Below are positions 10,096 through 24,900 of a stretch of DNA of 64,000 nucleotides, piece by piece. The notes beneath the pieces were generated by a model that had not been told where the DNA came from, ran no database searches, and saw only the letters and a list, made by a program, of their open reading frames with translations. Both the position numbers and the translations under genes were made by a program. Each line of letters opens with the position of its first letter. Position 1 is the first letter of the stretch. This DNA is from an uncultured Gemmatimonadaceae bacterium (GTDB lineage Bacteria > Gemmatimonadota > Gemmatimonadetes > Gemmatimonadales > Gemmatimonadaceae). Location: positions 416,001-480,000 of the forward strand of contig CAWJMB010000002.1 in assembly GCA_963843845.1 (NCBI GenBank), in the 5' to 3' direction.

Positions 10096-12516
10096 ATGAT
10101 TCCTCATTCTCTTCGACGCGCCCGTGAACGACTCGTGGCTGTGGGGCTGGGACCCGACGCCCGGCATCGTGTCGGTGTGGGCCGAGCCGACGGGAGCGGC
10201 GACGGTGTGGCGGCGCGTGGGCGGGGCGGTCGTCTGCGAGCGCGAGCGTTTCCGGCCGTGGCTGCTGCTCGACCGCCTCGACGATCTGCGCCACCTCGGC
10301 GACGCGCTCGGGCCGGAGGGGAGCGACGCGGTGGTGTGGTGGCGCGAGCTCCGCGGCGACGGCGCGCTGCGCTTTCTCGTGACGCGCGGACGACGGGCGG
10401 CGCCTCACGCACGCCGTGCTGCGCGGCGCTCGCGACCGACTCGGCCACGCGGTCGCGGCACGTGCGCGACCTCGGCGCGCGCCGCGGTGCTGTCGCTGCC
10501 GCCGGAGGAGCAGTACCTCGTCGCGACGGGGCGCACGTACTTCCGCGGGCTCGACGTTCGACGACCTGCGCCGCCTGCAGTTCGACCTCGAGACGACCGG
10601 CCTCGACGCGACGCGCGACCGCATCTTCATGATCGCCGTGCGCGATCCCGACGGCGCGACGCGCGTGCTCGAGGCGCCGGACGACGGCGACGACGGCGAG
10701 GCCGCGCTGATCCGCGAGCTCGCTGGCCGTCGTGCGCGCCGCCGATCCGGACGTCGATCGAGAACCACAACCTGCACGGCTTCGACCTGCCGTTCCTCGA
10801 GACGCGCGCGCCGGCGGCTCGGCGTGCCGCTCGCGTTGGGCACGGGTGCCCGGCGCCGCGCCTGCGCACGCGCGCGGCGATGCGCGGCTCGCCGCTCGCC
10901 GACGCGGCGACGGCGACGGCACGCCGCGCCGCGTGCGCTACGTCGCGCCGGGGCGCGAGCTGATCGACACGCTCGACGCGGTGCGGCGCTACGACTTCTC
11001 GGCGCGCGACCTGCCCGGGCCACGGACTCAAGGCGGTCGCGCGCCACTTCGGCATCGCGCGGCCCGACCGCGAGTACATCCGCGGCGACCGAGATCTACG
11101 ACGACGTATCGCACGCGATCCCGGAGCGCGTGCGCCGCTACGCCACCGACGACGTCGAGGAGGTCGCGGCGCTCGCGCGCCTGCTCGGCGGCGCCGCGTT
11201 CGCGCTCGCGCAGCATGGCGCCGCGCCGCTACGAGCGGCTCGCCGACGCGGGCGCCGGCGACCGGCGTGATCGACCCGCTGCTGGTGCGCGCGTACCTGC
11301 GCGCCGGCGCCGCGCTGCCCGCGCACGAGGCGGGCGACGGCACGCCGCACACCGGCGCCGCGCTGCACCTGTTCGCCACCGGCGTCGCGCAGCGCGTCGT
11401 GAAGGCCGACGTCGCGAGCCTGTACCCGTCGCTGATGCGCGCCGTACCGCATCGGGCCGGCGCGCGACCGTCTGGGCGCGCTGCTCGCGCTCGTCGACCG
11501 GCTCGTCGAGCAGCGGCTCGCCGCGAAGGCGCGCCGGCGCGCGCCGCGCCGGCCGGCTCGGCCGAGCGCCACACGCACGAGGCGCTGTCGGCGGCGATGA
11601 AGCTCGTCGTCAACTCGGCGTACGGCTACCTCGCGGCGGGCGGCGAGCTCACGCGCTTCGCCGACGTGCACGCCGCCAACGAGGTGACGCGCCGCGGGCG
11701 CGAGATGCTCGACCTGATGTGCCGCGAGCTCGCGCGCGCGCGGCGTGACGCTGCTCGAGGCGGACACCGACGGCGTCTACTTCGCCGTGCCGGAGGCGTG
11801 GACCGAGGCCGACGAGCGGCGCGTCGTCGCGGAGGTCGCCGCGCTGCTGCCGCCGCTCGTGCACCTCGAGTTCGAGGGGCGCTACGCGGCGATGCTCTCG
11901 CACGAGCCGAAGAACTACGCGCTGCTCACCTACGACGGCACGCTCATGCTGCGCGGCGTCGCGTTCCGGTCGAGCCGCGCCGAGCCGTTCGGCGAGGCGT
12001 TCCTGCGGCGCGCGCTCGCGCTGTCTGCTGGCCGGCGACGTCGCCGGCGTGCGCGAGGCGTATCGTCGACGACGGTCGACGCGCTGCGCCGCCGCGAGCT
12101 GCCGACCTACGACGTCGTCGTCGCGCGTGCGGCTCACGAAGACGCCGGCGCGAGTACGCCGCGGTCGCGCGCGACGCGGCGCGAGCTGCCGTACGAGGCG
12201 ATGCTCGCGAGCGGCCGCGCGCGAGGCGTGGAGCGCCGTGGGCGCGCGGCGAGCGCGTGCGCGTCTACCGCACCGCCGGCGGCGGCGCGGGCGTCGTGCC
12301 CGAGCGCGACGGCGGCGCGGCGGACGCGCCCGACCCGCGCGACTACGACGTCGAGCACTACGTGCGCGTGCTGCGCGACAAGTTCGCGTCGCGACTCGCG
12401 CGCGGACTCCGCCGGAGGACTACGAGGCGGTCTTCGCCGACCCCGAGCAGATCGCGCTGTTCGAGTCCTCGCTCGCGGCCGCGCGGCCGGTCCTCCGAAC
12501 GTCGGGCACGTCGTGA
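10096..12516 (+). CDS. Family-B DNA polymerase with 3'-5' exonuclease domain (multiple frameshifts)
   Basis: ExoI FDLETTGLD, ExoII NHNLHGFDLPFL, ExoIII YATDDV; polymerase motifs DVASLYPS, KLVVNSAYGY and DTDG occur in order across frames. Confidence 0.9.
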
Positions 12517-12568
12517 ACGAGTCCGCCGTCGCCCGCGTGCCGATGCCGGCGACGTGACCGCCGGGCGC

Positions 12569-13531
12569 CTAACGGCCGAGCGTGGCGAGCAGCAGCTCCA
12601 CGTCTCGGCCGAGCGCGTCCCACGCGAACGGCCCGTTCCCTGCCGCGGCGCGCGCGAGCCGCTCGGCGGCGGCGCGCGCCGCGTCGTCGGCGCTGCCGAG
12701 CCGCTCGCCTAACGCGCGCGCCTCGCGGCGGCTCGGCCCGCTGCGCAGGAGCGCCACGTCGCGGCGGCGGACCGCGTCGCGTACCGCGGCGAGCCAGACT
12801 CCGGCGCGCACGTCGTCGGCGCCGAGGAGCGTGAGGCTCGAGCGCCACGCGTCGCGCCGCTCGTCCGCGCTCGCCGCGGCGCCGAGCGCAGCGCGCGTCG
12901 TGCTCTCGGCGGCGTAGAAGCGCGCGATCGCCGCGGCGCCCGGCTGTGCGTCGAGCAGCACCGCGGCCGCCGCCCCCGCCCGCGCCGCGGCCGCGCTGTC
13001 GCCTGCCCGCGCGGCCAGCTCGCGCTGCATCATGAGCGCCCCGAAGCGCACCGCGCGCGCGCGCGCGCTCGACGCGGCGCCGGCCGCGCTCCCCGCGGTC
13101 ACGTCGCCGCGCGTGCCGCTCCACGTCAGCGGGTCGGGCGCCGTGAGCGACGCGCCGGTCGCGTCGCCGCCGAGCAGCGCGGCGAACTTCTCCGGGTCCG
13201 GGAGGCGGCTCGCGCGCCCCGTCTGGACGCCGCCGACGACGACCACCAGCACCGCCGCCGCGGCCAGCACGCTCCACGAGCCGCGCCACGACCGAGGCCG
13301 CTCCGCGCCTCGCGCGATCGGAACGACGGGGGTCGGACTGCTCGGCGCGGTGGCGTCGGGCGCGCGCGCGTCGCCGTCGAGATCGCGCAGCACGGCGCCG
13401 ACGTCGGCGAGCGCGTCCGCCGCGTCGTCATCGCGCGCGAGCTCGGCCAGCAGCGCCTCGCGCGCGGCCGGGTCGAGTCGGCCGTCGAGGAGCGCCGCCA
13501 ACCGCTCTGGATCGATCTGGGAGTCGCTCAC
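12569..13531 (-). CDS. Putative membrane-anchored anti-sigma factor
   Basis: N-terminal IDPERLAALLDGRLDPAAREALLAEL (zf-HC2-like but without Cys/His ligands); one TM helix; overlaps the sigma gene stop. Confidence 0.65.
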   Translation of the reverse strand: MSDSQIDPERLAALLDGRLDPAAREALLAELARDDDAADALADVGAVLRDLDGDARAPDATAPSSPTPVVPIARGAERPRSWRGSWSVLAAAAVLVVVVGGVQTGRASRLPDPEKFAALLGGDATGASLTAPDPLTWSGTRGDVTAGSAAGAASSARARAVRFGALMMQRELAARAGDSAAAARAGAAAAVLLDAQPGAAAIARFYAAESTTRAALGAAASADERRDAWRSSLTLLGADDVRAGVWLAAVRDAVRRRDVALLRSGPSRREARALGERLGSADDAARAAAERLARAAAGNGPFAWDALGRDVELLLATLGR

Positions 13532-14415
13532 GTCTCTGGCCTCACCGCGCGCTCCGCCGCGTGCGGGCGCGTCTGCTTAGAGGGCTGCGGAATCTCGGTC
13601 TCCCACAGCCGGTCGACTCGCGGCTCGCCGTCTTCCGCCGGCAGCGCGGCGCCGAGCACGTCACGCACCCGCGGCCACGTCACGCCGTGCGCCTCGAGAT
13701 GGCGGGCGAGCGTTCGCAGCGCCGCCTCGCGCACGCGGTAGAGCGGCTTCTGCTCGACGCCGAGCGCGCGCGCCACGTCGGCGAGCGAGCGGCCACCGAG
13801 CACGCTCGCCTTGATGACGATCTGCTCCTGCGACGCGAGCGACGCGATCGCGGTCGCGAGCTGCCCGTACACATATCGGCGCTCGGCGTCCTGCTCGGCG
13901 TCGAGCGTCGCGTCGTCGGCGGCGTCGTCGCCGGGGATCGCGTCCGCCGCCGCGCCGCCGTCGTCCACCACGCGCGTCGGCGTGCGGCGCGGCAGCGAGG
14001 CGAGCAGCACGCCGAGCTCGCGGTCGGTCGCCGACGTCTCGCCGCGCGCGCGCAGCACCGTGCCCGCCTCGTCCAGCCGCATGCCGTCGCGGTAGACGAG
14101 GCGTTCGAGGCTCACGGCGACCGTGCCGGCGCGGAGCGCCGCCGCCGACGGCCGCCACCGCCCCCAGCGCTTCACGCGGAACTCGCGCCCGAGGTTCACG
14201 AGCACGACGGCGAGATACGTCGTCAGCGCGCTCTCGCGCCGCCACTTGCGGAGCAGCGCATAGTCGTCGTCCCACAGCCGCGCCTTCGCCCACGACGCGA
14301 ACTCGTCGGCATCGTCGCCGCGAAAGCCGAGCACGCGACAGACCGACGCGGTCGCGCGGTCGATCGCCGCCAGGTTGTCGAGGAACAGCGCCTCGTACGT
14401 GTCCCGCTCCGTCAT
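13528..14415 (-). CDS. ECF-like sigma-70 factor
   Basis: Region 2-like DDADEFASWAKARLW...ESALTTYLAVV; region 4 LASQEQIVIK...GRSLADVARALGVEQKPLYRVREAAL. Confidence 0.8.
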   Translation of the reverse strand: MTERDTYEALFLDNLAAIDRATASVCRVLGFRGDDADEFASWAKARLWDDDYALLRKWRRESALTTYLAVVLVNLGREFRVKRWGRWRPSAAALRAGTVAVSLERLVYRDGMRLDEAGTVLRARGETSATDRELGVLLASLPRRTPTRVVDDGGAAADAIPGDDAADDATLDAEQDAERRYVYGQLATAIASLASQEQIVIKASVLGGRSLADVARALGVEQKPLYRVREAALRTLARHLEAHGVTWPRVRDVLGAALPAEDGEPRVDRLWETEIPQPSKQTRPHAAERAVRPET

Positions 14416-14545
14416 CACCGCACGCTGGTCGCCGCGGCCACTGTGCACCGCGCTCGAAGCTACGCCGCCGGTCGGCGACCCGGCCACTGCGCCGGGCGAG
14501 AAATCGGGCTCGGCGACGCCGACCACCATCAGCGACTCGGCCCGC

Positions 14546-15163
14546 TCACCCCACCGATGCCTGCCGCTGCAGCAGGGCGACCGTCGCGGCGCCGAGCCCG
14601 CGCACCTCGCTCGCGATCCCCACCGGACTCTCGCCGAACAGCGCCGGAAGGAACGTGCACGCCGCGAGATACGATCCTGCGATCGACGGGTGACTGCCGT
14701 CGGGGTCGTGCAGCACCGGTGCCCCGGGGGTGCCTGCGACACGCGCCCACGCCACCCCCGCCGGCACGACCGTCGCCCCGAGCTCCGCGCCGATGGCCTC
14801 GTACGCGCTCGTGAGCGCGTCCTGCGTCGCCGGCACGTCGCGGCGCGCCCACGTGAGGTAGAGCGCGGTGCGCGCGCCGGCGGCACGGATCACGGGGTCG
14901 AAGAGCCGCACGCTCTCGTGGAAGCGCCGCGCGTTCTTGATCGGCAGCGTGCTCTGCTCCTGTAGCACGACCCAGTCCCACGCGCGGCCCTCGATCAGGC
15001 GCCGTGCGTCGCCCCGGTTCCAGTGCATGCGCAGCGACGCGCCGCCGGCCCAGAGCAGTGCGTGGTCGACGGCGTGGCCGCGCGCCGCGGCGAGCGAGGC
15101 GACGAGGCCGGGCAGGTCGTTGCGCTGCGTGAAGCTGTTGCCGATGTAGAGAATCGAGGTCAT
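14546..15163 (-). CDS. SGNH/GDSL-like hydrolase
   Basis: ILYIGNSFT, WDWVVLQEQS and DGSHPS motifs. Confidence 0.8.
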   Translation of the reverse strand: MTSILYIGNSFTQRNDLPGLVASLAAARGHAVDHALLWAGGASLRMHWNRGDARRLIEGRAWDWVVLQEQSTLPIKNARRFHESVRLFDPVIRAAGARTALYLTWARRDVPATQDALTSAYEAIGAELGATVVPAGVAWARVAGTPGAPVLHDPDGSHPSIAGSYLAACTFLPALFGESPVGIASEVRGLGAATVALLQRQASVG

Positions 15164-15167
15164 GTCA

Positions 15168-16596
15168 TCACGCGGTCAGTGGCTCGCCGAGCGGCTCGGT
15201 GCCTAACGGATCCGCCGCGGCCGGCGGCGCCGGGAACGCGAGCCGGCGTCGGAACTCGCGCCGCAACAGCAGCAGGCCGATCGCGAGCTGCGCCCAGATC
15301 GACGCGACCGAGATGTACCAGATCCAGGTCAGCCGGAACCCCGCGACGCGCGACAGCAGCACGACCGGCACCGCGACGATCGTGAGGCGCGCCGCCGACG
15401 CGACGAGCGACGGCACCGTGTTCCCCATCGCCTGGAACAGGCTCGACGCGACGAACACGATCCCCGATGCGACGAAGCTCCACGACACGATGCGCAGGTA
15501 CTCGACGCCGACGGCGATCGCCGTGCGGTCGGCGGTGAAGATGCCGACGAGCGCGGCCGGCGCGAGCTGACAGAGCAGGAGCAGCGCGACCATCGCCCCC
15601 GCCGCCATCGTCGCCGCGTCGCGGAACGTGCGCCGCACGCGGTCCGCCAGCCGCGCGCCGACGTTCTGCCCGGCGACCGGCGCGGCCGCGAAGCCCAGCG
15701 CGACGACGGGCATGAACCCCGACTGCACGATGCGCATGCCGATCCCGAACCCCGCCTGCGCCGCGGCGCCGAACGGCCGCGCGACGGCGTAGACGATGAG
15801 CATGTAGACCGCCATGAGCGCGAACTCGACGCCGGCCGGCAGCCCGATCCCGAGGATGCGCCGCCAGAGCGGGAGCTGCGGGCGGAGGTCGTGTCGCGAC
15901 GAAGCGAAGCGGCGCGCCCGGCCGCACGAAGTACGACGTGAGCCACACGACGCCCACGGCGAGCGCGATCAGCGTCGACATCGCGGCGCCGGTGACCCCG
16001 ACCGCGCGCCCGGTGCCCCAGCCGAAGATGAGGACCGGCGCGAGCACGATGTTGATGACGACCGTCACCGTGCCGACGATCATCCCGGGGCGGAAGTTCC
16101 CCGTGCCGCGCAGGGCGGCACCCATCGCGACGATCGCGAACTGCAGCGCGAGCGCCGGGATGAACCAGCGCAGATACTCGGCCGCGAGCGCCGCCGTCTC
16201 GGCGTCCGCGCTCTGCGCGCGGGCGTACGACAGCCGCAGCGCCATCCCGACGACGGCGAACAGCGCGCCGACGAGCATCGTCAGCCCCTGCGCCTGGTTG
16301 AACGCGAGCCGCGCCCGCTCGCGGTCGCCACCGCCCATCGCCTGCGCGACGACGGCCGTCGTGCCGACGCCGAGCATCTGCGTGAGCGCGAGCACGAGGA
16401 AGTTGAGGTTCCCCGCGATCCCGACCGCCGCGACCGCCCGCGTGCCGAGTCGCCCGACCCAGTAGAGATCGACGAGGAAGTAGAGCGTCTGGAAGACCAT
16501 CGTGACGAGCATGAAGCTCGTCGTCTGCAGCAGGTGCTTCGTGACGGGGCCGGTCGTGAAGCTGGCCACGGGGGAGACGACGATCCTCGAGTTCAT
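15168..16596 (-). CDS. MATE-family efflux transporter (frameshift near 15890)
   Basis: LVDLYWVGRLGTRAVAAVG, ALRGTGN and VAGQNVGAR motifs across two frames. Confidence 0.9.
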
Positions 16597-16634
16597 GCTG
16601 TCGACGCGAATGGCATTCGGATGGCGCTGCTGTC

Positions 16635-19653
<3,019 letters not shown>

Positions 19654-19905
19654 CCCCGGATGGCAAGCCAGCAGCGACGGCGATCTCTCCCGGGCACGTT
19701 ACGCGTCCCGGACATCTCGAGCCCCGGCCGTCTCTGGATCATCCGGCCGCTTCCGGTGGTATGCGTCCACGAAGTCGCGATACCGCTGCCGCGACGAGTG
19801 CGGCCGAGCGCCCGCCGGTGTGGTCACGCCGGCCCGTGGTGGCGGAACCGCGCGCCGGCGACGTATCGTAAACGTCCCCGTTTCACTTCCTCACGAGGAG
19901 TTCTC

Positions 19906-20631
19906 ATGCGTCGCGTCCACGTTTCCGCGCTCGCGGTCGGTGCAGTCGTGCTCGTTGCCGGTGTCAGACAGAGTGGTGCGCAGGCCATGGCGCACGACGA
20001 GGCGAAGTCCGTCGCCGACGGCGGCATCAAGGCGGCCGGCTGGGCCGGCAAGGTCGACGCGAACGAGGCGAAGGCCGGGATGACGGTGAACAGTGCCCGC
20101 CTGGCCATGGAAGGAAAGAACATCCACGTGAAGACGGGTCCCGCCACGACGTACTGGAAGACGGGCGAGATGGCGAAGGGGAACTACACCGTCTCGGCCA
20201 CGTTCACCGAGTCCGACTACATGGGGCTGAACGACCACCCGCACCCCTACGGGATCGTGATCGGCGGCAACGACATGGGGACGGACAACCAGAGCCTGCT
20301 CTACTGCGCGGCCTACGGCAGCGGCAAGTTCATCGTCCGCGGCTTCGGGCCGGCGGCGTTCCAGATGAACGGCCGCGGCGGCGAGACGGTCGAGGCGGTG
20401 AACAAGGCGGCCGGCAAGGGCTCGTCGATCACGCAGACGATCGGCATGCAGGTCAAGGGCGACGACGTCTCGTGCATGATCAACGGCAAGACGGTGGCGA
20501 CCTACAAGAAGGCCGACCTCGTCGCCGCCGGAAAGCTGAAGTCGACCGACGGCATGGTCGGCGTGCGCTTCGGGCACAACACCGAGGCGCTCGTCAGCGA
20601 CTTCAAGGTGACGCCGCTCGTGACCAAGTAG
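19906..20631 (+). CDS. Secreted hypothetical protein, beta-rich (possible ConA-like/DUF1080 fold)
   Basis: GAGGAG RBS; signal peptide; alternating beta pattern ending GMVGVRFGHN...SDFKV. Confidence 0.75.
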   Translation: MRRVHVSALAVGAVVLVAGVRQSGAQAMAHDEAKSVADGGIKAAGWAGKVDANEAKAGMTVNSARLAMEGKNIHVKTGPATTYWKTGEMAKGNYTVSATFTESDYMGLNDHPHPYGIVIGGNDMGTDNQSLLYCAAYGSGKFIVRGFGPAAFQMNGRGGETVEAVNKAAGKGSSITQTIGMQVKGDDVSCMINGKTVATYKKADLVAAGKLKSTDGMVGVRFGHNTEALVSDFKVTPLVTK

Positions 20632-20651
20632 TCGCCCGGCCGTTCCGCACG

Positions 20652-20694
20652 GGGCGAGGGCCCCGCCGTCGAGCCGACGGCGGGGCCCTCGCCC
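20652..20694. terminator. GC-rich hairpin between convergent genes
   Basis: 20-bp perfect stem GGGCGAGGGCCCCGCCGTCG / CGACGGCGGGGCCCTCGCCC; no U-tract. Confidence 0.65.
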
Positions 20695-20711
20695 GTTCCC
20701 GGGGGGGACTC

Positions 20712-21677
20712 TCAGTCGATCGCGTAGAACGCCAGCTCCTGTACCGGCGCCGAGCTGCGCTTCGTGAGGCGCACCGGGAGCGCCGCCTTGCCGATGCGCC
20801 CGAGGTCCGCGAGGTACTCGCACGCCCCCGTGACCCCGCGCACGCCCAGCGTCCGTTCGAAGTGCGCTTCGATCTCGGTGCAGGCGCGCGCCTCGCCGAC
20901 GTCGCGCAGGTGCTCGAGCACGAGCCCGAACAGCGCATCCGCGCGCGCCGCCACGTACCCCTCCGCGGCGGCCAGCGCCTCCTCGACGCGCTCCGGCGTC
21001 TTCGGCGCGTTCAGCAGGTCGGTGTAGATCGTCGCGAACAGCGCCGGCTCGACGCGCGCGGCCTGCGGGATCACCTCGCGGTCCGCGAGGATGCCGCGCG
21101 AGATGAGGGCGATCTGCGCGATCGGGGTCGCCGCGTACAGCGTCCAGAGCGCCGAGTACTCGAGGTCGTCGCGCGTGACGAGCCACTTCCGCGCCTTGTA
21201 CAGCGAGGGGAGCGCGGCGATGCCGGCGCGGAGCAGCGAGAGCTGCGAGTCACGCGCCCCGACGTGCCGGACGCGCTCGAGCAGCTCGGCCAGCGTGTCG
21301 TCGTGCGTGTAGAGCAGGCGCCCCTTCGCGAGGTACGTCTGCAGGAAGGACTGCCCGCGCGCGCCGTCGGCCGCGGCGCGGAACGCGGCGCGCGAGAGGA
21401 GCATCGCGTGCGCGTTCACACCGTCCGCCCAGAGCGCGACCCCCCGCGTCGCAGCCCCGCGCTCGTCCTCGACGACGAGGACGAGGTCGATGTCCGAGCG
21501 CGCCCATACCGTGTCGTGCGACAGCGAGCCGCAGAGAATCGCGGCGAGCACCGTGCGGTCGGCGCGGAGCGCGGTGACGAGCGCGTCGAGCGCGGCGCGG
21601 AAGCGCGGCGCCACGCTCGTGCCCTCGCCCTCCGCCGCCGCGGCGCTCGGCACCGCGTCGCTCGAGCGTGTGGGCAT
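20712..21677 (-). CDS. Nucleotidyltransferase-domain protein (YgxA-like architecture)
   Basis: Pol-beta motif CGSLSHDTVWARSDIDL; C-terminal wHTH-like CEYLADLGRIGK...VRLTKRS...ELAFY. Confidence 0.75.
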   Translation of the reverse strand: MPTRSSDAVPSAAAAEGEGTSVAPRFRAALDALVTALRADRTVLAAILCGSLSHDTVWARSDIDLVLVVEDERGAATRGVALWADGVNAHAMLLSRAAFRAAADGARGQSFLQTYLAKGRLLYTHDDTLAELLERVRHVGARDSQLSLLRAGIAALPSLYKARKWLVTRDDLEYSALWTLYAATPIAQIALISRGILADREVIPQAARVEPALFATIYTDLLNAPKTPERVEEALAAAEGYVAARADALFGLVLEHLRDVGEARACTEIEAHFERTLGVRGVTGACEYLADLGRIGKAALPVRLTKRSSAPVQELAFYAID

Positions 21678-21965
21678 GCGACGGAATATGTCGGCGCCTC
21701 CACACCCCGCCAGAGTGCCGCGGCCCTCCGAGTCCGACGCCGCCCTCGCCGATCTCCGCCCGACGCGGTGCGGGTCGAGCGCGTCGCTTGATCGGCGGTT
21801 CGTGGCACTTACACTTCCGGTGGCGAACATCGTCGAGCTGGGGTCTGCCGGATGTTCGTTCTCGAGGGGCTCGGACCGTCTCGCTGTCTCCCCCCGGCGT
21901 TCCGTTCCGCGAACGCTGACCTCTTCACCAATCCGCCGCCCGCTCGGGCGGCCGGAGGCGCATTC

Positions 21966-24900
21966 ATGACGATGAGTATCCCGCGGATCGTGCGGGTCAC
22001 GGCGACGGCAGTGCTGGCCGTCGCGCTCCACTCGGCCCGCCTGGCGGCGCAGGACCGTTCTGGTCTGGTGGCCGGACGCGTGATCGAAGCGGGCGGCGGA
22101 GGCCCGGTTCCGAACGCGCAGGTGTCGATCGCCGGTACCACGCTCGGCAGCCTGACGAACGTCGAGGGGCGGTTCACGATCCGCGGCGTGCCGACCGGGA
22201 ACGTGACGGTCCGCGTGGCCCGCATCGGCTACAGCGAAGCCACCCGGCCGGTCGCGATCACGGCCGGTCAGACGACCACCGTCGAGGTCGCGCTCACGAG
22301 AGTGGCCGTGAACCTCACCACGATCGTCACCACGGCGACCGGCGAACAGCGGCGCCTCGAGGTGCCGAACCAGATCGCGCAGATCGACGCCGCCAAGGCG
22401 ATCGAGAGCGCCCAGGTCAGCAACGTCGGCGACCTGCTCATCGGCAAGGCGGCCGGCGTGCAGCTGCTGCCGGGCTCGGGGGTGAACGCGGCGTCGCGGA
22501 TCCGGATCCGCGGCACGTCGTCGATCTCGCTCAGCAACGACCCGATCGTGTTCGTCGACGGCATCCGCATCAACAGCTCGACGTCGGGCTTCGGCACCGG
22601 CGGCGCGCCGGCGGGTCGCCTCAACGACATCAACCCGGAAGACATCGAGACCATCGACGTGATCCGCGGCCCGGCGGCCTCGGCGACCTACGGAACCGAT
22701 GCCGCCACGGGCGTCATCGTGATCACGACCAAACGGGGGCGCTCGGGAGCGGCCCGCTGGACGGCGTACACCGAGCAGGGGATCACGCGCGACCAGAACA
22801 ACTACCCCGACGCCTACACGGCCTGGGGACGGCTCGCCAACCAGACGAACGCGGCGAACAACGGCCGCGCCGCGGACTGCAACATCAACACGATCATCGC
22901 CCGCACCTGCGTGGTGGACTCCATCACCACGTTCAACCTCTGGGATGACCCGCGCGCCTCGCCGCTCAAGGACGGCCGTCGCGAGCAGTATGGGCTGTCG
23001 GTCTCCGGCGGCACCGACGCCGTGAACTACTTCGCCTCGGTCGAGCGCGAGGGAACGACCGGCACGCTCGGCATGCCGGAGTTCGAGCGCGATCGGTTCG
23101 CGCGCCAGGGGATCGCGCTGCGCGAGGAGTGGGTCGACCCGAACACGTTCCAGCGCTTCAGCCTGCGCTCGAACATCGATCTCAAGCCGAACCAGAAAGT
23201 GGTCGTGCCGATCCGCAGCTACTTCCTGAGCAGCCAGCAGCGCGCGCCGCAGGACGGCAACAACACGACCGGGCTCGGGTCGCACGCGTTCGGCGGGCCC
23301 GGCACCCCCTACCGCACGCTCACCGCGGGGGGTACCGACTCGCTGTACGGTTACCGGCAGTTCACGCCGGGCGACATCTTCCAGCAGGTCAGCAGGCTCG
23401 ACCTGCAGCGCTGGATCGGCTCCGTGAGCCCGACCTGGTCGCCGACGTCGTGGCTGCAAGCGCGCGGCAACGCGGGACTCGACTTCGCGTCCGAGTCGTA
23501 CGACAACACCTGTCTGCGCGACGAGTGCCCGAACTTCGGGCAGAACCGGCTCGGCTTCAAGAACACCCAGCGGTCGCGCCAGTTTCAGTGGACGGCCGAC
23601 TGGTCCGCCACGGCGAGCTTCCGCCCCATCTCGTGGCTGTCGACGCGCACCACGGGCGGCTTCCAGTTCGTGCACCGGCAGGACGACGCCTACAGCGCGA
23701 ACGCCGCGCAGCTCCCGCCGGGCGGCATCACGCTGAGCCAGGGCTCCGTGCCCTCGGTGAGCGAGGGGACCACCGTCTCCAAGACGGCGGGCATCTTCGT
23801 CGAGCAGAACCTGCAGCTCTGGGAGCGCCTCGACGTCGTCGCCTCGGTGCGCGGCGACAACAACTCGGCGTTCGGCCGCAACTTCGGCACGGCGTACTAC
23901 CCGCGCGCCGGCCTGTCGTACCGGATCTCGGAAGAGTCGTGGTTCCCGTTCCAGGATCAGATCAACCAGCTGCGCCTGCGCAGCTCCTGGGGACAGTCGG
24001 GCATCCGCCCCGGCACGACGAGCGCCCTGCAGTTCTTCGCCTCGAATGTCTACCGTGACAACTCGGCCGACGTGCCGGGGCTCATCTACCAGACGCTCGG
24101 CAACGCGAACCTGAAGCCGGAGACGGTCACCGAGGCAGAGGGCGGGTTCGACCTCGGGCTCTTCAACGACCGCGTCACCACGTCGCTCACGTACTACAAC
24201 AAGCGGTCGAGCGACGCGATCGTGAACCAGACGCTCGCCCCGTCCATCGGCACCGGAACGACGACGCGCGCGGTCAACATCGGCGCCATCCGCAACAGCG
24301 GGTGGGAGTACCTCGTCACCGCCCGCCCCGTGCAGTTCCGTCGCTTCAGCTGGGACGTCACCGTCAACGGGTCGTACAACTCGAACGAGGTGCTCGACCT
24401 CGGCGGACAGCCCGCCGGCACCGGAACCACCCGCAACGCGGTCGGGTATCCGATCAACTCGATCTGGGATCGCCCGTACACGTACGCCGACGCCAACGGC
24501 GACGGCATGATCGCGCTCAGCGAGGTCAAGGTCGACTCGACGCCGCGCTACCTGGGCTACAGCACGCCGCGCTCCGAGATCTCCGTCCAGAACGGCTTCG
24601 ACGTGCTCCGGGACGGTCAGCTGCGATTCACCTTCCTCGTCGACGGCAAGCTGGGCGGTCTCATCAACAACACGACCGAGCGCTTCCGCTGCGCCACGCG
24701 ATTGAACGCGCGGGAGCGGGTCGACCCGTCGGCGCCGCTGGACCGTCAGGCGCGCTGCGCGGCGTTCCAGCAGGCCGGCGTGCTGTCGACGAACTTCGGG
24801 TTTTTCGAGCCGACCGATTACTGGCGCCTGCGCGAGCTCGCCGTGACGTATCGCGTTCCGGCTGGGCTCGCGAGCCGGCTGCCCGTGGTCAAGAACGGCA

